A program made the translations under genes and the position numbers. The notes beneath the pieces are model-generated. The model was given only the letters and a program-made list of their open reading frames with translations. It was not told the origin of the DNA and ran no database searches. From positions 80,573,846-80,637,845 of the forward strand of contig NC_057711.1 in NCBI RefSeq assembly GCF_004010195.1: 64,000 nucleotides of DNA, given 5' to 3'. The stretch comes from Chiloscyllium plagiosum (taxonomy: Eukaryota). Within the stretch, counting starts at the first letter, position 1; each line of letters starts with the position of its first letter. Below are positions 38,842-52,450 of this stretch, in pieces.

Positions 38842-38934
38842 TTAGCAAGGCAAATGGCATCTTGTTGCTTGTTGCAAGGAAAAGTGAGTAGAAGTAACCG
38901 GAGTGTTTTGTTGCACTTGGTCAAGGATTGATGA

Positions 38935-39660
38935 CCATAGATAATTAGATGCAGAAGCAGAAGTTGGTTATTTAGCTCATCAAGTCCACTCTGCCCTTCA
39001 ATGAGATGATGACTGATCTGATCATTTTCAATTTCACTTTTGCCCATAACCCTTGATTCCCTTACCGATTAAAATCTGTCTATCTCAGCTCTGAATTTAC
39101 TTGATGGCTCAATCTTGAATTCTTTTGTGCTAAAGAATTCCACATAGTCACTTTAAGAAAAAAAAGATCTTTGAGAAAAAGAAATCCTCCCCATCTGTGA
39201 AAACCTCACAGTTTTCCAATCCTTTGGACCTTCTCCAGAATCTAAGGATAATTGGAAGATTACTACTGATCAACGATGTATCAGGAATATTGTGTATAGC
39301 ATTGACTTCCTTACTTAAGAAAGGATGTTATTTCATTAGAAGCAGTTCAGAGAAGGTTCACTCAGTGGATTCCTGTGATGATGGTATTATCTGAAGAAGA
39401 AAGATTACCCAGGTTGCAACTATATCATTGGCATTTAGAAGAATAAGATATGATCTTATTAAACACACAAGTATCCGAGGGGAATGGAGAGAATAGATGC
39501 AGAGAGGATAGTTCCTGCTTCAAGAGAGAGTGGAACTTGAGGACACTGTGTTAAAATAATAAAAATAAGATGTCTGCCCTTTAAGATGGAGATTAGGAGT
39601 TTTTATTTCTCTCAAAGTGATGTTTTCCTGTAAAATTCATTTCCCCAGTGACTGGTGGAA
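38935..39660. mobile_element. Decayed CR1 3' fragments (minus about 38935-39200, plus about 39285-39660)
   Basis: 'gaagcagttcagagaaggttcact' (EAVQRRFT) and tail motifs. Confidence 0.65.
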
Positions 39661-42600
39661 ACAGCTGACAACTTTTTTTGTCTTCCAATCTCCAAGCTTT
39701 CCCGATCTATGACTCTATGCACCAACTTCCCAAACCCCCATTGGTTACTTTCAATCTCCTATTCCAAGCCCTTCATGCTCTCATCATTTCTCCCATGACT
39801 CTGTCTCAACCTCCTCAATTTTCTGATTACTCCTCTCAGTCTTGCTGCTTGTGGCCAAGAAACAGAGAGAAAAAAAATCACCAGATGCTGTTGTCATGTT
39901 TGAAGAAACCTCAATCCATCCTCTCCTATCTAGTCCATTAACTCAGATATTTAAATATCTGAGACAGATAACTCAGTCTGCTGAATGCTCCCAACATTTT
40001 CTTTATTTTAATCCCTCTCAGAATAAAATTGGATCCAGAGAGGAAACACAATTTATAACTGAATAACTATAGTCAAGAAAGAAATGGACACATGTCAAGC
40101 TCATACAGCAATACACAAACTCTCATTTAGCTTAACTTTATTCAGAACAAAAACATGGTACATCTTTGTGTAAAAACTGTTTAATTAAAATGTACTGAGC
40201 CTGAACTTGCAGGAAACTCACAGAATGCAATTCATGTTTTAAGAGTGATACACCATTGTCAATGAATAAAACTAGCTAGTGGTAATGGATGAGTTATGCA
40301 ACAAATTTTGTTGCACTGTCCCATCATTACCCTTACCAATAAAAGTCCATTTGATCTCTTGACTCCTTCGTTGTCATAGTGATGGTTACAGTGCAGATTC
40401 ATAGCAATATTTGTGTGCTGCTGGGTACCCTGAAAACTGATGATCTTGGTCACCTGCTACTGATGTGATTTTTGCCCTCGATGATCATTAATGAGAAAAG
40501 TGAAGCCATAACCCAGCTGTTTGGAAGTTATTATTGTTTCTTGTCTTTAAAATTTCTCATTTTTGCTGGTTTATTTATGTGCTGTTAGTTATCTGGTAGC
40601 AATTTCTTTTGAAGTTTAATATTAATTCTAAGACTTATAAGGAAGTTCAGAGCAGTGTAATGACATAACCACAAGAAAGTAGCTACTCACCCATAAGAAA
40701 GGCTCCATGAAATCTGAAAGGCACAGTCCACATTCAACATGGTCTTGTCAGTGGCAATGGAAGTGACAATGATACACAATTTTTGCATTACTAATGTCTT
40801 CTAGTTAGGCACTGGAGACTGCCAAAGCAGTAATAAGGTGCTGTGCGGACCTGAATTCAACAGGTGAAAGGTGTCTTCTTCGTCCTTCATTGAACAGGAT
40901 ATTTCCCCTCTGTTGGGAAAGCACAGGGTCACCTACTTTCAGCGGATTAATGGTCTCCACAAGGTGCAGGCGTTTACTGGTGGGATTCAAGTGCTGCTGA
41001 AGATGCCACTGAAAGATTCAATTCCGTATTTGAACAGGAAGGGCTATCAGAGCTAAATTTCTGCAATGACCAACTGAAGATTCCGCAGGAGGATTCAGAT
41101 TCAATTTTCGAAAGTATTTATTATGGGAATATAAAGGCAGACAAGATTTGCTTTTCACTTTGCAGCTTTTCAAAAATGTTTCAGTTCTAATTAACTACCC
41201 TAAAGTTGTTTTAGGTTCATTTCAGATGTTGCAATTCACATAGCGTTCAGTGCGAAATTTCAATGTGATTCATGGCTGCTAGTCCCAGTGACATTTAATG
41301 GCATGTGGTTGGCCGATGGAGTGTTCCATTGGTTCTATCACCCATGAAGTGTACAATACACTATTGACCATCATACCATAGATGGATCTACATTCTAAGA
41401 AATGTGATGTAAGTACAGATGAATAAGAAACCAAACATCCAAATAGGCATGTTTACTAATAAATCCTATCAAATTCAGAGGCACTATAAACTTTGCAATG
41501 AAAAAGCTATAACTGTTTTTTTTTTTACCTTTAAGTGTTCTGTAACACTGCCCTGAATTAAAAATAGACTTTGAGACCAAAAGAATCTTGAATGGGGCCA
41601 AGTATTTGCTTGGTAGATTTACGGGGCCATTGCATTCAATGCATGCTTGCACTCTTGCAAACAAAATGTAACCAACCAGAAAATTATGCTTGAAAGAGTT
41701 GGATTTAAAACATGACTTTGGAGTACTTGGATTTTTTCTGAACCCTTTGCAGCTGTCTGCACTTACATGACTAAGGCAGCTGATTGTGCAGATGAGTTAT
41801 CCATGTCTCTGTTGTATCTGTTTATACATGTTTGTTCGTAATTTGATGTACAAACAAACAGAAAACCACATGACATCAAGATGACAGCTTTATTACAACT
41901 ACATGGTAAATGTTCATCTTCAGTGCTCCCAACGCAGAGCTTTGAATGCTAATAGCAAATATTGGAAAATCAGATAGCTGCTGCCAATGATTTCCTGTCC
42001 ATTAGAATGAATGGACTTAAAAACATGGGCAGCATTTACCCTATTTTTTAAATGCATGCTTCTGCCAGGTGAAGCTCTGTGCTAGGATTTCTCAAGATTT
42101 AAATTTATTGCCAAATAATAGCATTTGCAAAGAGCAAGATATGAGACAAACACTACATTTATTTTATTGAGTGCAGATTTTAAAAATGCCTGATAAAGCT
42201 TAGATTCATCGCATTATAGATTTTTTAAAAAACTTATTTATAAAGCTTTCAATCCAATTTAGTAAATCTTTCACTTCACACAATTCATTATCATACAACT
42301 TACCTCGGGAAATGTACACAAATATGTGTTAGGTTTCCTAGGGTTTTTTGAGAGTGTTTGGTTTTTTATTTAACAGTGACTCCATATACAGGGAAACATA
42401 ATACATAACAACATATTTTTATGCAATTGCCACTATTCTCTAATTACTACCAAACATATTGTAATTGCATATGTTTGTCTGGAGAAAGAATGATGATTTA
42501 ACTCGTGGGATAACAGAAGGCACAGCAACAACTTGCAACTATAATGCACCTTTAATGTAATAAATCATCTGTGATACTGTGCAGAAGCACTGCAATATAA

Positions 42601-43962
42601 AATAAAACATTAAGCCACATGAGGAGGTATTAGCATTGATGGCCAATAGCCTGGTCAAAGAGGTCAATTTTAAAGAGCATCTTAAAGAAAGAAAGTGAAG
42701 TAGTAATTTAGAGAGGTTTTGGAGTGAAATCCAGAACATATTTAAATTATCCCATTGCAGAGTTCATGAAGATCTTTGAACGCTGTATTAAACTATCTAA
42801 ATCAACAATCTATTGAATCATGTATACCTGAGGTTCACATGGATTTTAATCATTGTGAACCTAGCACTGTAAATTACATTGTAATTTATTTTTGTTGTGT
42901 GAAATGCATATGTCTGAGAGTCAGTGTTTTTCACCTGTTTATTTAGTTTGGATTAAAGAATATGGATACTATTTCATTTCATTTTAATACTAAACTTGCA
43001 AGAAAAAATGATATATCATTTGCAGAAACAACACTTAAACGGTAAGTACTCACTGATTGGCAAGTTTGATCTTTTAAAAAAGACTAGTGTGGTCAAACGA
43101 AGCATGGAAAGAGACGAGTGCCATTCTATCACTTCCAACTTATCTTTAATGTGAAGCTGACAAAGAGTGTATTAGAAAAATCAAGTCTATATGTAACAAA
43201 GACAATGTTCAAGGTTTCAACAGTAAATGGATTGAGACAGGGCAGAATCAGATAAAGTTATGGAGGTGCAAATAACAGATCTTGGTGATGACATCTCAGG
43301 TGAGATCTGACTCCAAGATAGTTAACAGTATGGATCACCTCAGCCAATTGCCAGGAAGAGGGATCATCATTGATCAGATCTTGTGGACGGAGGAGAGACA
43401 ATGGATTCAGTAATCTGTGCGCTAAATGTGAGGGTGGGTAACTTCAGGGGCAATTAATTCCCCACTCACAAATGAGAAAGCTTTCTAGATCAAGGACAAT
43501 TAAGCACTTAAAGTGCTGTCTGGCAAGCTTCTCATCCAGTCGAGTGCCTCACCACTGAAGTCCTGCTTTATTTACCAATCAGATGCCAGAGCCATTGGGT
43601 GCTGGATATCATTGCTGATGGCCCTCATCGTCCAATCATGAAGGCTGCAATGATGAGCAGGTAAGTTGTATCTTAGGACAAGATCACTGAGTGCAGGGAG
43701 AGAAGGGTCAGGGAGCAGAGACAACAGCATGAGGATGGCTTTCAGCAGCAATTCTTTGCATCCTATCATTGTTCCTGCTAACCCAATTTGGGGCAAACAA
43801 AGGCCTCCAAAACTAGTAGGCAGTACACTCTGTTTTTCTCACCTGCCGAGTAGGCAGGTATCTGGATTGGTACCAGGTTGAGACCCTTAAGTGGCTGTTA
43901 ATTGGCCACTTGAAGGCCTTGATTGATTATCAGTCAAGAATGACACTTATGAATGTTTTGAT

Positions 43963-44274
43963 AAGATTAGATTACCTACAGTGTGAAAACAGGCCCTTCG
44001 GCCCAACAAATCCACACCGACCTTCCGAAGAGAAACGCATCCCCCCTATATTTACCCCTGACTAATCCACCTAACACTACGGGCAATTTAGCATGGCCAA
44101 TTCACCTAACCTGCACATCTTTGGACTGTGGGAGGAAACCAGAGCACCCAGAGGAAACCCACGCAGACACGGGGAGAATGTGCAAACTCCACACAGACAG
44201 TTGCCCGAGATGGGAATTGAACTCGGGTCCCTGGCGCTGTGAGGCAGCAGTGCTAACCACTGTGTCACCGTGTC
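43963..44274 (-). mobile_element. HE1-like SINE
   Basis: (ATTAG)n tail; minus-strand A/B boxes. Confidence 0.92.
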
Positions 44275-46199
44275 TTATAACTTAATTACAAAAGTGGTGG
44301 GAAGGAGATAAGTATCTCCCTGGGCCAACTCAATCAACTACTTGCCTGCAAATGCTGCAATTCACCCACTTTTCACTACATTTCCAAGGAGTGGAAATTG
44401 CACCAGTACCTTCGGTATTCCCAATGTATAACGGGAGGAAATCTCTGTTCATCCAGTACCAGCAGTCAGACAATACAACAACAGCCAGGGGAGCGGGAGG
44501 GAGAGGAGTGTTGAGAAAGGTAGTGGTGAGCTAGACCTGGACGCCATCAGTGTACAGAAGAAAACTAAAACTGCTTTTAAACGGTATCACTGAGGGCAGC
44601 AGCAGGTTTATGATAAATCAGGAGGGTCTCAGTGCAGATCCTCAGGGGACACGAAAGGAATGCAGGTGAGAAAAGAAATTTAAAATTACAAGCACAGCTT
44701 TGTAGTGACCTTCAAGTTGTTTCAGGAAGTACAAAATTAAACTGAGTTTCCCATTGTTACGAGAAGTTTTGGATAGTAATTATTGTTTCCACATCTGATG
44801 CCAAATTATATTTGCAAATTGAATATTTCAGGTCCCAAGAGGATGTAATACTTCAAGCGTGATTGTTAGATAAATTTCTCCAATATCTGTTTTAATTTTT
44901 TTCATGTTAATGTTTGCTGGTGTTTCTCTAATTCCCGTAACCCACTATGTTTCCAGCAATAGACAAGATGATAAAAAAAAGGTCTCTGCTAAGACTAAGA
45001 CATTTGATGTGCAGTTTCTTGGTTCTCAACTGTGTGATAACATTCAAGTTAAGTGTTAATTTGAGGTAAAATAATTACAAGAAGAATAATGTACTTAAGA
45101 TAACCTGTAACTTTAAACTTGAAGTGCTAGAAATTTGCAGCAAGTAAGGCAATAATCTGTGGAGGAAGGAAGAGAGTTAGTCTTTCAAGACAAATGTAAA
45201 CTACTGAGGCAAGTATAGAGATGGGAATGGGGGAGGTGGCGCGGATAGAACAAAAGTGAAGGCCAGAAACAGAGGGGATTAAATGATGGAAAGGATGACA
45301 AGCATATGGTATTTACTGGCAAATCAACAATCATTAAAAGGAGAGCAAAGAAACAAGATTTTCAAATTGCTCTGCTACATTTTTGTGCAATGCCAACACT
45401 TATACCCAGAACGCAAATATCAGTGAACTTGCCCAGCCACCAATTTTGGTACACACAACATTTCTTTTCAAAAGCAGAAGACAATAGATATACATAATGA
45501 ACAAACAGGTAGAGAACTAACAAACAGTGCATTTAGCATTGAGTGCGAGTTAAAAATAGTAATAGAAATAGTATCATAAGTACTTGGATACCAGCCACAG
45601 TTTCCAAAATATTGAATGGGACTAAATCATACAAGTTAATTACTGATCATGTGCCACATTGAAAAGGACTGTAAGCCAGCTGAATGTACGGCTCACCAAT
45701 CACACACAAAGAGAGCGAGGAAGAATACTCTGATGATGATTGTAAGAGCAACCAGCAGCAAGACAACCAAATAAGCTCCAAACGTCTCAGATTAGCATGA
45801 ATTGTCAAATCTCCAAAGCATGACATTGAAATTGGAGATGTATATCTGTGGGGAGTAGTCACTACTTAGGGGTTGAAAGATCTGGTGAACTTTTGAATGT
45901 CAGACTGTCTAAAAGGGATAGATTGAAAAGCAAAAAAGTGATAGAATATGATTCTTTTTCCATACATTTCTAATGGAAATAGGAAATGGGAGTGGTGTTT
46001 TCTGATATTACGACTTCACAAGCAAGTGTTCTGAGGTGGTCATCCCAACAGTAAAGAGCAACAAACTGAGAGGGACTAGGTGATCATCATGCAAAAGAAA
46101 AGAGGCACAACATGCAGAGAGGAGAGCTTCAGATGACATCTCACTCATTTCTCCAGGCTGGAAGACAATGGCAATGAGAGTTGCCATTGGTGAAGGCAG

Positions 46200-47245
46200 C
46201 ACTATGCATGACCCAGCTGAATAAGAGGGAAGGAGCAAGAATCAAGAGGCATAGTAGTAGGTGATGTGATAGTGAAGGATGCAGACACATGTTTATACAA
46301 TTCAGGGATGTGATTGAATGGTTGCAGGGCATCCTGAAGAGTGGGGGGGTGGGGGGGCGGGGGGTGTAATAAGTCAGAGGTTGTAGTATACTTTGATACC
46401 AACGATAAAGATAGAATGAATTTGCAACACGAATTCAGGGAGATAGGCAGTACATCTAAGATTGTACTACCGGCTACACGCGCTAGCATGTACAGAAATA
46501 GGAAAATAGGGCAGGAGGAGGGACTCAGAGCATTAGTATAATACAGATGCAGCATAAAGAAACCAGGACAGAGAGAGTTCAGTCATGTTGCAATGCAAGG
46601 GAGTAAGGTGAAACTGGATCTTCTCTAATGCTAGTGAATACTGTAGGTAAAGTAGGTGAGTTGAGATCATGGATTGGCATATAGAATTGCAATATTTTTG
46701 CCATCACAGAGACTTGGTTGAAGAGGGGGAGGACTGACAACTCAGCAGTTTGGAGTGAAGGATCTACAGGCAGGACAATTGGGGTGTTCAAAATGAATGG
46801 GAAGAGAACAGGCATAAAATTTTCCCTTTAGGATGGCATGAAGGAACAACAAGCCCAGAGAACCCTGGGTATTTAGGAATATTCAGGACTTGATAAGCAG
46901 GAAAAGAGAGACTTTTAGCAGATTCAAAGGGTCAAATCAGTGGAGACCCTATTGAAGTATAGGAAGTGTGGGGGAGTCTTAAAAAAGCAATTAGGAGAGC
47001 AAAGAGGGGACACTGGTAAGTAAAGTTAGAGAGAATACAAAAATATTAAGTGGAAGAGGATAATGAGGGAAAAGTAGTATCCATTCATGACCAAGGAGGA
47101 AATCTGTGTATGGAAATGGAGAATATTGGTAAGGTGTTAGGCCAACAGCAACATCTGTCTTCACTCAGGAGAAAGAGGATTATGTAAACTTAGGAAGAGG
47201 GACTGTGGGATTTTTGAGCAAATTGGCATATGGAGTGAGGAGATA
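46200..47245 (+). mobile_element. Decayed CR1 ORF1 esterase and endonuclease fragments
   Basis: AIVVGD.IV (about 46250), VVVYFDTND, IFAITETWL (about 46695). Confidence 0.7.
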
Positions 47246-47517
47246 TTGAATTCTTAATTCCAGATATTTATTGAATTCAAATTCCACCACCTACTACAAT
47301 AGGATTTGAATCCAGCTCCCTAAAATATTTCCTGGGTCTCAGGATTAATAGTTTAGCGATAAAGTCACCAGGCCATCACCTCCCTAGTACATCCAGACTG
47401 ATTTAATCTTAACAACTTGACCCTTCCTGTGCTGGGTGTCCTACCTGGGTGTGGAGACGCATCATACAGCGAGTCGGCCAATCTATTGCCACAGCACTGC
47501 TATTTGGCCACAACATA

Positions 47518-47728
47518 CGGAAATTCCTGGGTTACGAAATGTCCGACTCGTGAACATTCCATAATTACAAACCAACTTGCGGCTTCTCATTTTTAAAAAT
47601 TATGTTTAAAAATCCGTGTTACCTGCAATGGTAACACTAATTTGCACATATCTGTTCCGACATACACACAAACTCGGCTTACAAATAGCAGAAAAACCGG
47701 AACTCATTCGTAACCTGGAGAGTTCCTG
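47518..47728. mobile_element. Tigger/pogo-like MITE with TA TSD
   Basis: TA-CGGAAATTCCTGGGTTACGAA ... TTCGTAACCTGGAGAGTTCCTG-TA. Confidence 0.7.
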
Positions 47729-48654
47729 TACTCAATTTGCATGAAGAATTGGCAGTGATGAGCACGAGTGGACTATGCACTTATGAGTCCACCTCCTTCA
47801 TTTGATTACAATCTATGAAATCGAGCCCTATGTCTTATTTTTCAATGTATAGTTTAAGGAATTTGTCTTCTAATGTATTGTGACATATGGAATGGAAATA
47901 CATCCTTACCAAGGGAATTCCCCAAATTTCTTTAGAAACATGGAATCAATTCAAAAACCCTCAAATAATGTACAGCTGAAGAAGGTCACAGTTTGACAGT
48001 ATAGTATTAGATAATAGGGAGTGATGATTGAAACATATAGTATGATTAGATTATATTGTAAGCTATGAAAGTGAAGGTTGAGTACTTTGTAAATGTCATC
48101 ACAATTATTAAAGTACCTTACAGCCTTGAAACTAATAGCTTTGTAATTATTATTTTAATATTGTACTGAAGTGGCAGATGGAGTTGCAGTAGTTATTTGA
48201 ACTGGATTATTTCTGAAACCAGCCCCTTTGTCTTTGACAATGTAAATTTTACTGTTACCATTTGTTAATCTAAATCACACTGTGTTACCATGTTCACCTG
48301 CAATACTATTGTCAACAACTTCAATGACAATGCAAAATGGCAGATAAAGAAAATGTTCAGAATTTTCTTCAGCATCTTGCAATCTGAGCCCCATATTGAC
48401 CAAGCAAGTGCTCCCTGTGTTGTCCAGTTTCAAACTGAGCTTCTCACCATGTCAGTCATTGGATCATTCTGCAGAAATTATATAATGAGTTGGCCAGCAG
48501 TTTCTTATTTTCTCCACCGTAGTGAATTTCCACAACACAAAACTATAACTTTATGAAGGTGATTTTTAAGATGGTGGAACTAATTAAATCTTGCCTGTTT
48601 AAATAAAATCTCCAATGGTGTTTAGAGACCTGTTGAAAAAGAAGGCACAAGCCT

Positions 48655-48955
48655 CTAGAATCTTTACAGTGTAGAAGCAGGCCATATGGCCCATAAAGTC
48701 CATGCTGACTCTCCAAAGAGCATCTTATGCAGACCCACCAACCCAATCACTGCATTTCTCACAGCTAACCCACCTAGCCTGCATATTCCTAGACATTATG
48801 GGCAGTTTAGCATGGTCTATCCACCTAACCTGCACATCTTTAGACTGTGGGATGAAACACACGGTGACCACGTAAACTCCCCAAAGACAATTGCCTGAGG
48901 GTGGAATTGAACCCAGGTCCCTGACACCGTGAGGCAGCAGTGCTAACCATGCCAC
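48655..48955 (-). mobile_element. HE1-like SINE
   Basis: Minus-strand 'ggttagcactgctgcctcac', B box 'gggttcaattcc'. Confidence 0.9.
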
Positions 48956-50004
48956 CTTTCCCCATGTTTCAAGTTTTAGGTTTCTGTATTTTGCATCTAT
49001 CAAATGTCTGTTTTCTTGGTATACAACCAAGATCTTTCTGACAATCTTTCTCATACTTACATGCATTTTGACAGAGTTACCAGTATTTCTTATGCATTTG
49101 AGAAGGTGGTGGTGAGCCGCCATCTTGAACAGGTGCATTGTGTGTGGTGTACGAATACCCTCAGTGCTATTAGGAATTGAATTCCAAGATTTTGACTGGG
49201 TTGGCTGTTGTGCAAGACCACTGCTGGGCGTTCAATCCAGTATCATTCATTTTTGGCATCATAATGATACAACTGAGCAGCTTGCTAGGCCATTTCAGAG
49301 ACATTTATGAATCAACTACACATTATGACATATCGGTGCAATAATTTTAAGACAGATTTCCTTCCCTAAAGGTGAATCAGATTTCTTTAACAATAATGGT
49401 TTCCTGATGACTACTACTAAGATTAGCTTTTAAAATACTGCTTCATTAATTGAATTTAAGCTGTTGCAATGCTGAGATTTGAACCTGTATCCCCAAAGTA
49501 TTATCCTGATCTTCCAACTGGGCTACAGCTATGCTCACAGATCCTGCTGTTTTGTCAGGTTGGAGTTCTGGTGACTCCAAGCATGTATCTCGGGTATCCA
49601 TTCAATTTAGTCTTGTAAAGGATGCATTCTATCGCTATTCTGACTGCATTGTCTCAGGTCCTTCACAGTTAAAGATAAAAAATTGTTCCTGCAATAAATA
49701 GTTCCACAAATAATTACACACTTTAGGTAAGGTTTGGATTTTAATAAAGGCCTAAACGGGTGTGTACCAAATCTCAATTTACATTGTCCTTCTGTGGTGT
49801 TTCAAATGCATAAATGGGAGCATGACTCGAAAAGCTCCCCAATATGACCACATCTAATCTGGGACAATGGTTGTTGATGGATTAAATAAATGTCCAGACC
49901 CAATACAGAGATCAGTTAGAATTACGTCGTGGCTTAAAATAGAGGTTTGGGCCTAATGTTGATTAACTATCGGTGCTTAGGTTTTGGATATATTACTTAC
50001 AGAA

Positions 50005-50225
50005 GTCATAGAGTCATAGAGATGTACAGCATGGAAACAGACGCTTCGGTCCAACTCGTCCATACTGACCAGATATCCCAAGCCAACCTAGACCCATCTG
50101 CCAGTACCCAGCCCATATCCCTGCAAGCCCTACCTATTCATATACCCATTCAGATGCCTTTTAAATGTTGCTTCCTTTGCTTCCTCTTGCAGCCCATTCC
50201 AAACACACACCACCCTCTACGTGAA
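50005..50225 (-). mobile_element. CR1 3' tail fragment
   Basis: Reverse complement of the 19780-19940 tail. Confidence 0.85.
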
Positions 50226-50517
50226 GAAGTTGAAGTGGTCGGCCTATCAGGTTTTCCTCCATAATCGATAGTGTTACCATGTTCTAGGTATAATATCAAT
50301 GAGCACCAGCCAACCTTTGCTTTCTGTAAGTTGATTAACTCATTGGAAATTATTGGGGAACTGCATTTTTTGTATATTTTACTTTTGAGCCAAATATTGA
50401 TAAAATATCTGGTATGAGAATAAGTTAAACTCTGGCCACATTACAGCAGCAAATGTTTATTTCAAATGTATGCAATCACGCAAGGTAGATATGTATAAAG
50501 CAGCTAAACATCATTGA

Positions 50518-50720
50518 ACATGCAATCAGCATGACATGTATGATGCAGCCAACCATCCATTAACATGCTATCAGCATGATATGTATAATGCAGCCAAATG
50601 TCCATTAACATGCTATCAGCATGACATGTATCATGCAGCCAACCATCCATTAACATGCTAACAGCATGACATGTATGATGCAGCCAACCATTCATTAACA
50701 TGCCATCAGCGTGACATGAC
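50518..50720. repeat. Minisatellite, 45-bp unit, about 4.5 copies
   Basis: Unit AACATGCTATCAGCATGACATGTATGATGCAGCCAACCATCCATT; 15-aa periodicity in ORF 50504-50722. Confidence 0.95.
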
Positions 50721-51418
50721 AAATGACAATTGTGTAGCAGCTAATAACCACAGCATATTACAACAGTAATGCAAAGAATTTAAGAAGAGAGGGAATATTA
50801 GTGTCTCTTCTTCAAATACTTACACCTCTTGGCTTTTGATCTGTTTCATGAGGCAAAATAAAAACCTTTCAAACCAAAAGTCAGCTGCATTTCATATAAA
50901 CACCACCTAAAGCACATAAATTGAGAAGGAGAAAACCAACAACATTAATTCAATAAGTCTTAAAATTGGTGCTACAGGAAGTATGTATTTAGAAACATTT
51001 TTCAGATCTTTAAAGATTTTTTAATAAAGACAAATGCACAAAAAGGAAAAATGAAGGTTAGTCCTGGTGCTGGCCTTCCTTCCCACTGCCACTTCCGGTG
51101 TTGACTTTCCTGCTGCCAGTCCTGATACAGGCTTTCCCTACTCCCACTCCCGAAAGCAGAGGCTTTGTACGCCTCCTCTACTTTTATTGCCAGCCTTCAA
51201 TCCCCACCCACTCAGGGTGCAGCCCTTCTTCCAAAGTCTCTTTATCATGTAGGTCTCCCCAAACTTCTGCTCCCAGTGTAGGCCTCTGCTTGTTGAAATG
51301 GCAAGGCTGACTCTTGTCCCTAGTCCTACAGAAAGGAGAAATCCATGGCATTGGGCTCATTCTCAGCCGCTCTGGTCCACTACTCAGTGACACATGCATA
51401 GACATATCCTGTGGCCTA

Positions 51419-51599
51419 GGCGAAAGTGAGGACTGCAAATGCTGGAGATTAGAGTCGAAAGTGTGGTGCTGGAAAAGCACAGCAGATCAGGCAGCATCCG
51501 AGGAACAGGAGAATCAATGTCTCGGGCAAAAGACTGATGAAGGGCTTTTGCCTGAAATGTCGATTTTTCTGCTCCTCGGATGCTGCCTGACCTGCTGCG
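51419..51599. mobile_element. Palindromic PLE mini-insertion with 16-bp TSD and hammerhead core (51534-51565, +)
   Basis: TSD CATATCCTGTGGCCTA (51403-51418) / CATATCGTGTGGCCTA (51600-51615); CUGAUGA-A-GGGC-UUUU-GCCU-GAAAU-GUC. Confidence 0.88.
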
Positions 51600-52210
51600 C
51601 ATATCGTGTGGCCTATCCAGTTGACATCATGACACAGGAGCCATTTGGCATCATAGATAATCATATCTTTAGGAACTAAGCTCCTTCAGGAAAATTTGAC
51701 TTGTTTGTATAAATGCTCACGATGCTCGGGGTGAAGTTTCTTCACGTTTATCCATTAATGAGAAGTCTCAATTGTATGCAATCAGGTTTCTTGTTGTTCA
51801 GCAATGTGAGGCAGCCAGAATGGCTGATGCCAGTGAGACAGGCAAGAGAGGCTGAACTCAAAAGGGCAATTAACTGAAAAGTGTTTTTTGTGATGGTGTC
51901 CTGATCCCCACAGATGTGTACATTCTCCTAGTTTTTAAAACAGGTCAGTGACTTGATGATCTTTGAACTACTGAGTGTTGTGGCGATTTGTATATTTTAA
52001 GGTATCAGCCTGGCTGATGTGTGAGAGGCAGTATTGCTATTATGCTAGTCATGCAATATTGGTAGCTGCAATAATGTGATATTAGCATAGATTGCATACG
52101 AGGCATCTAATGGAAATCCCTCGCACACATCCTCCTGTGTGACACAACATTTCAATGCTAATACTCACTCATTAGAAGATATAAAGCATTGAGTAGATAA
52201 TGGTACATAC

Positions 52211-52450
52211 CCTAGAGGAGCCCAGAAGATCATTCATTGTCTTGCAAAACTGAAAGAAGATTCTTCCGAGCTACCTGTGGCATGGACCTCCACAGCTCCA
52301 TCTGTGCATGTTGTCTTTTTCAGTCAGAATGGCCTCTTCTTGGCATCCTTTGGGAAAATACCTTCCCTTCTGTCCCACTAGCATGCAGGAGAAACTCTGG
52401 GGAGGAAGACTGATACGACTTTTTGCCTGGTCTTTGACATCTCTGGGGTA
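52211..52450 (-). pseudogene. Myb/SANT-like exon relic (Harbinger ORF2-type)
   Basis: Minus strand RREGIFPKDAKKRPF*...GAVEV...QFCKTMNDLLGSSR then a GTATGT donor. Shares 'aagaggccattctgactga' with 34497. Confidence 0.65.

Noticed and set aside
50518..50720. CRISPR-like array
   Set aside because: Contiguous tandem units with no unique spacers, in a vertebrate context with no cas genes.
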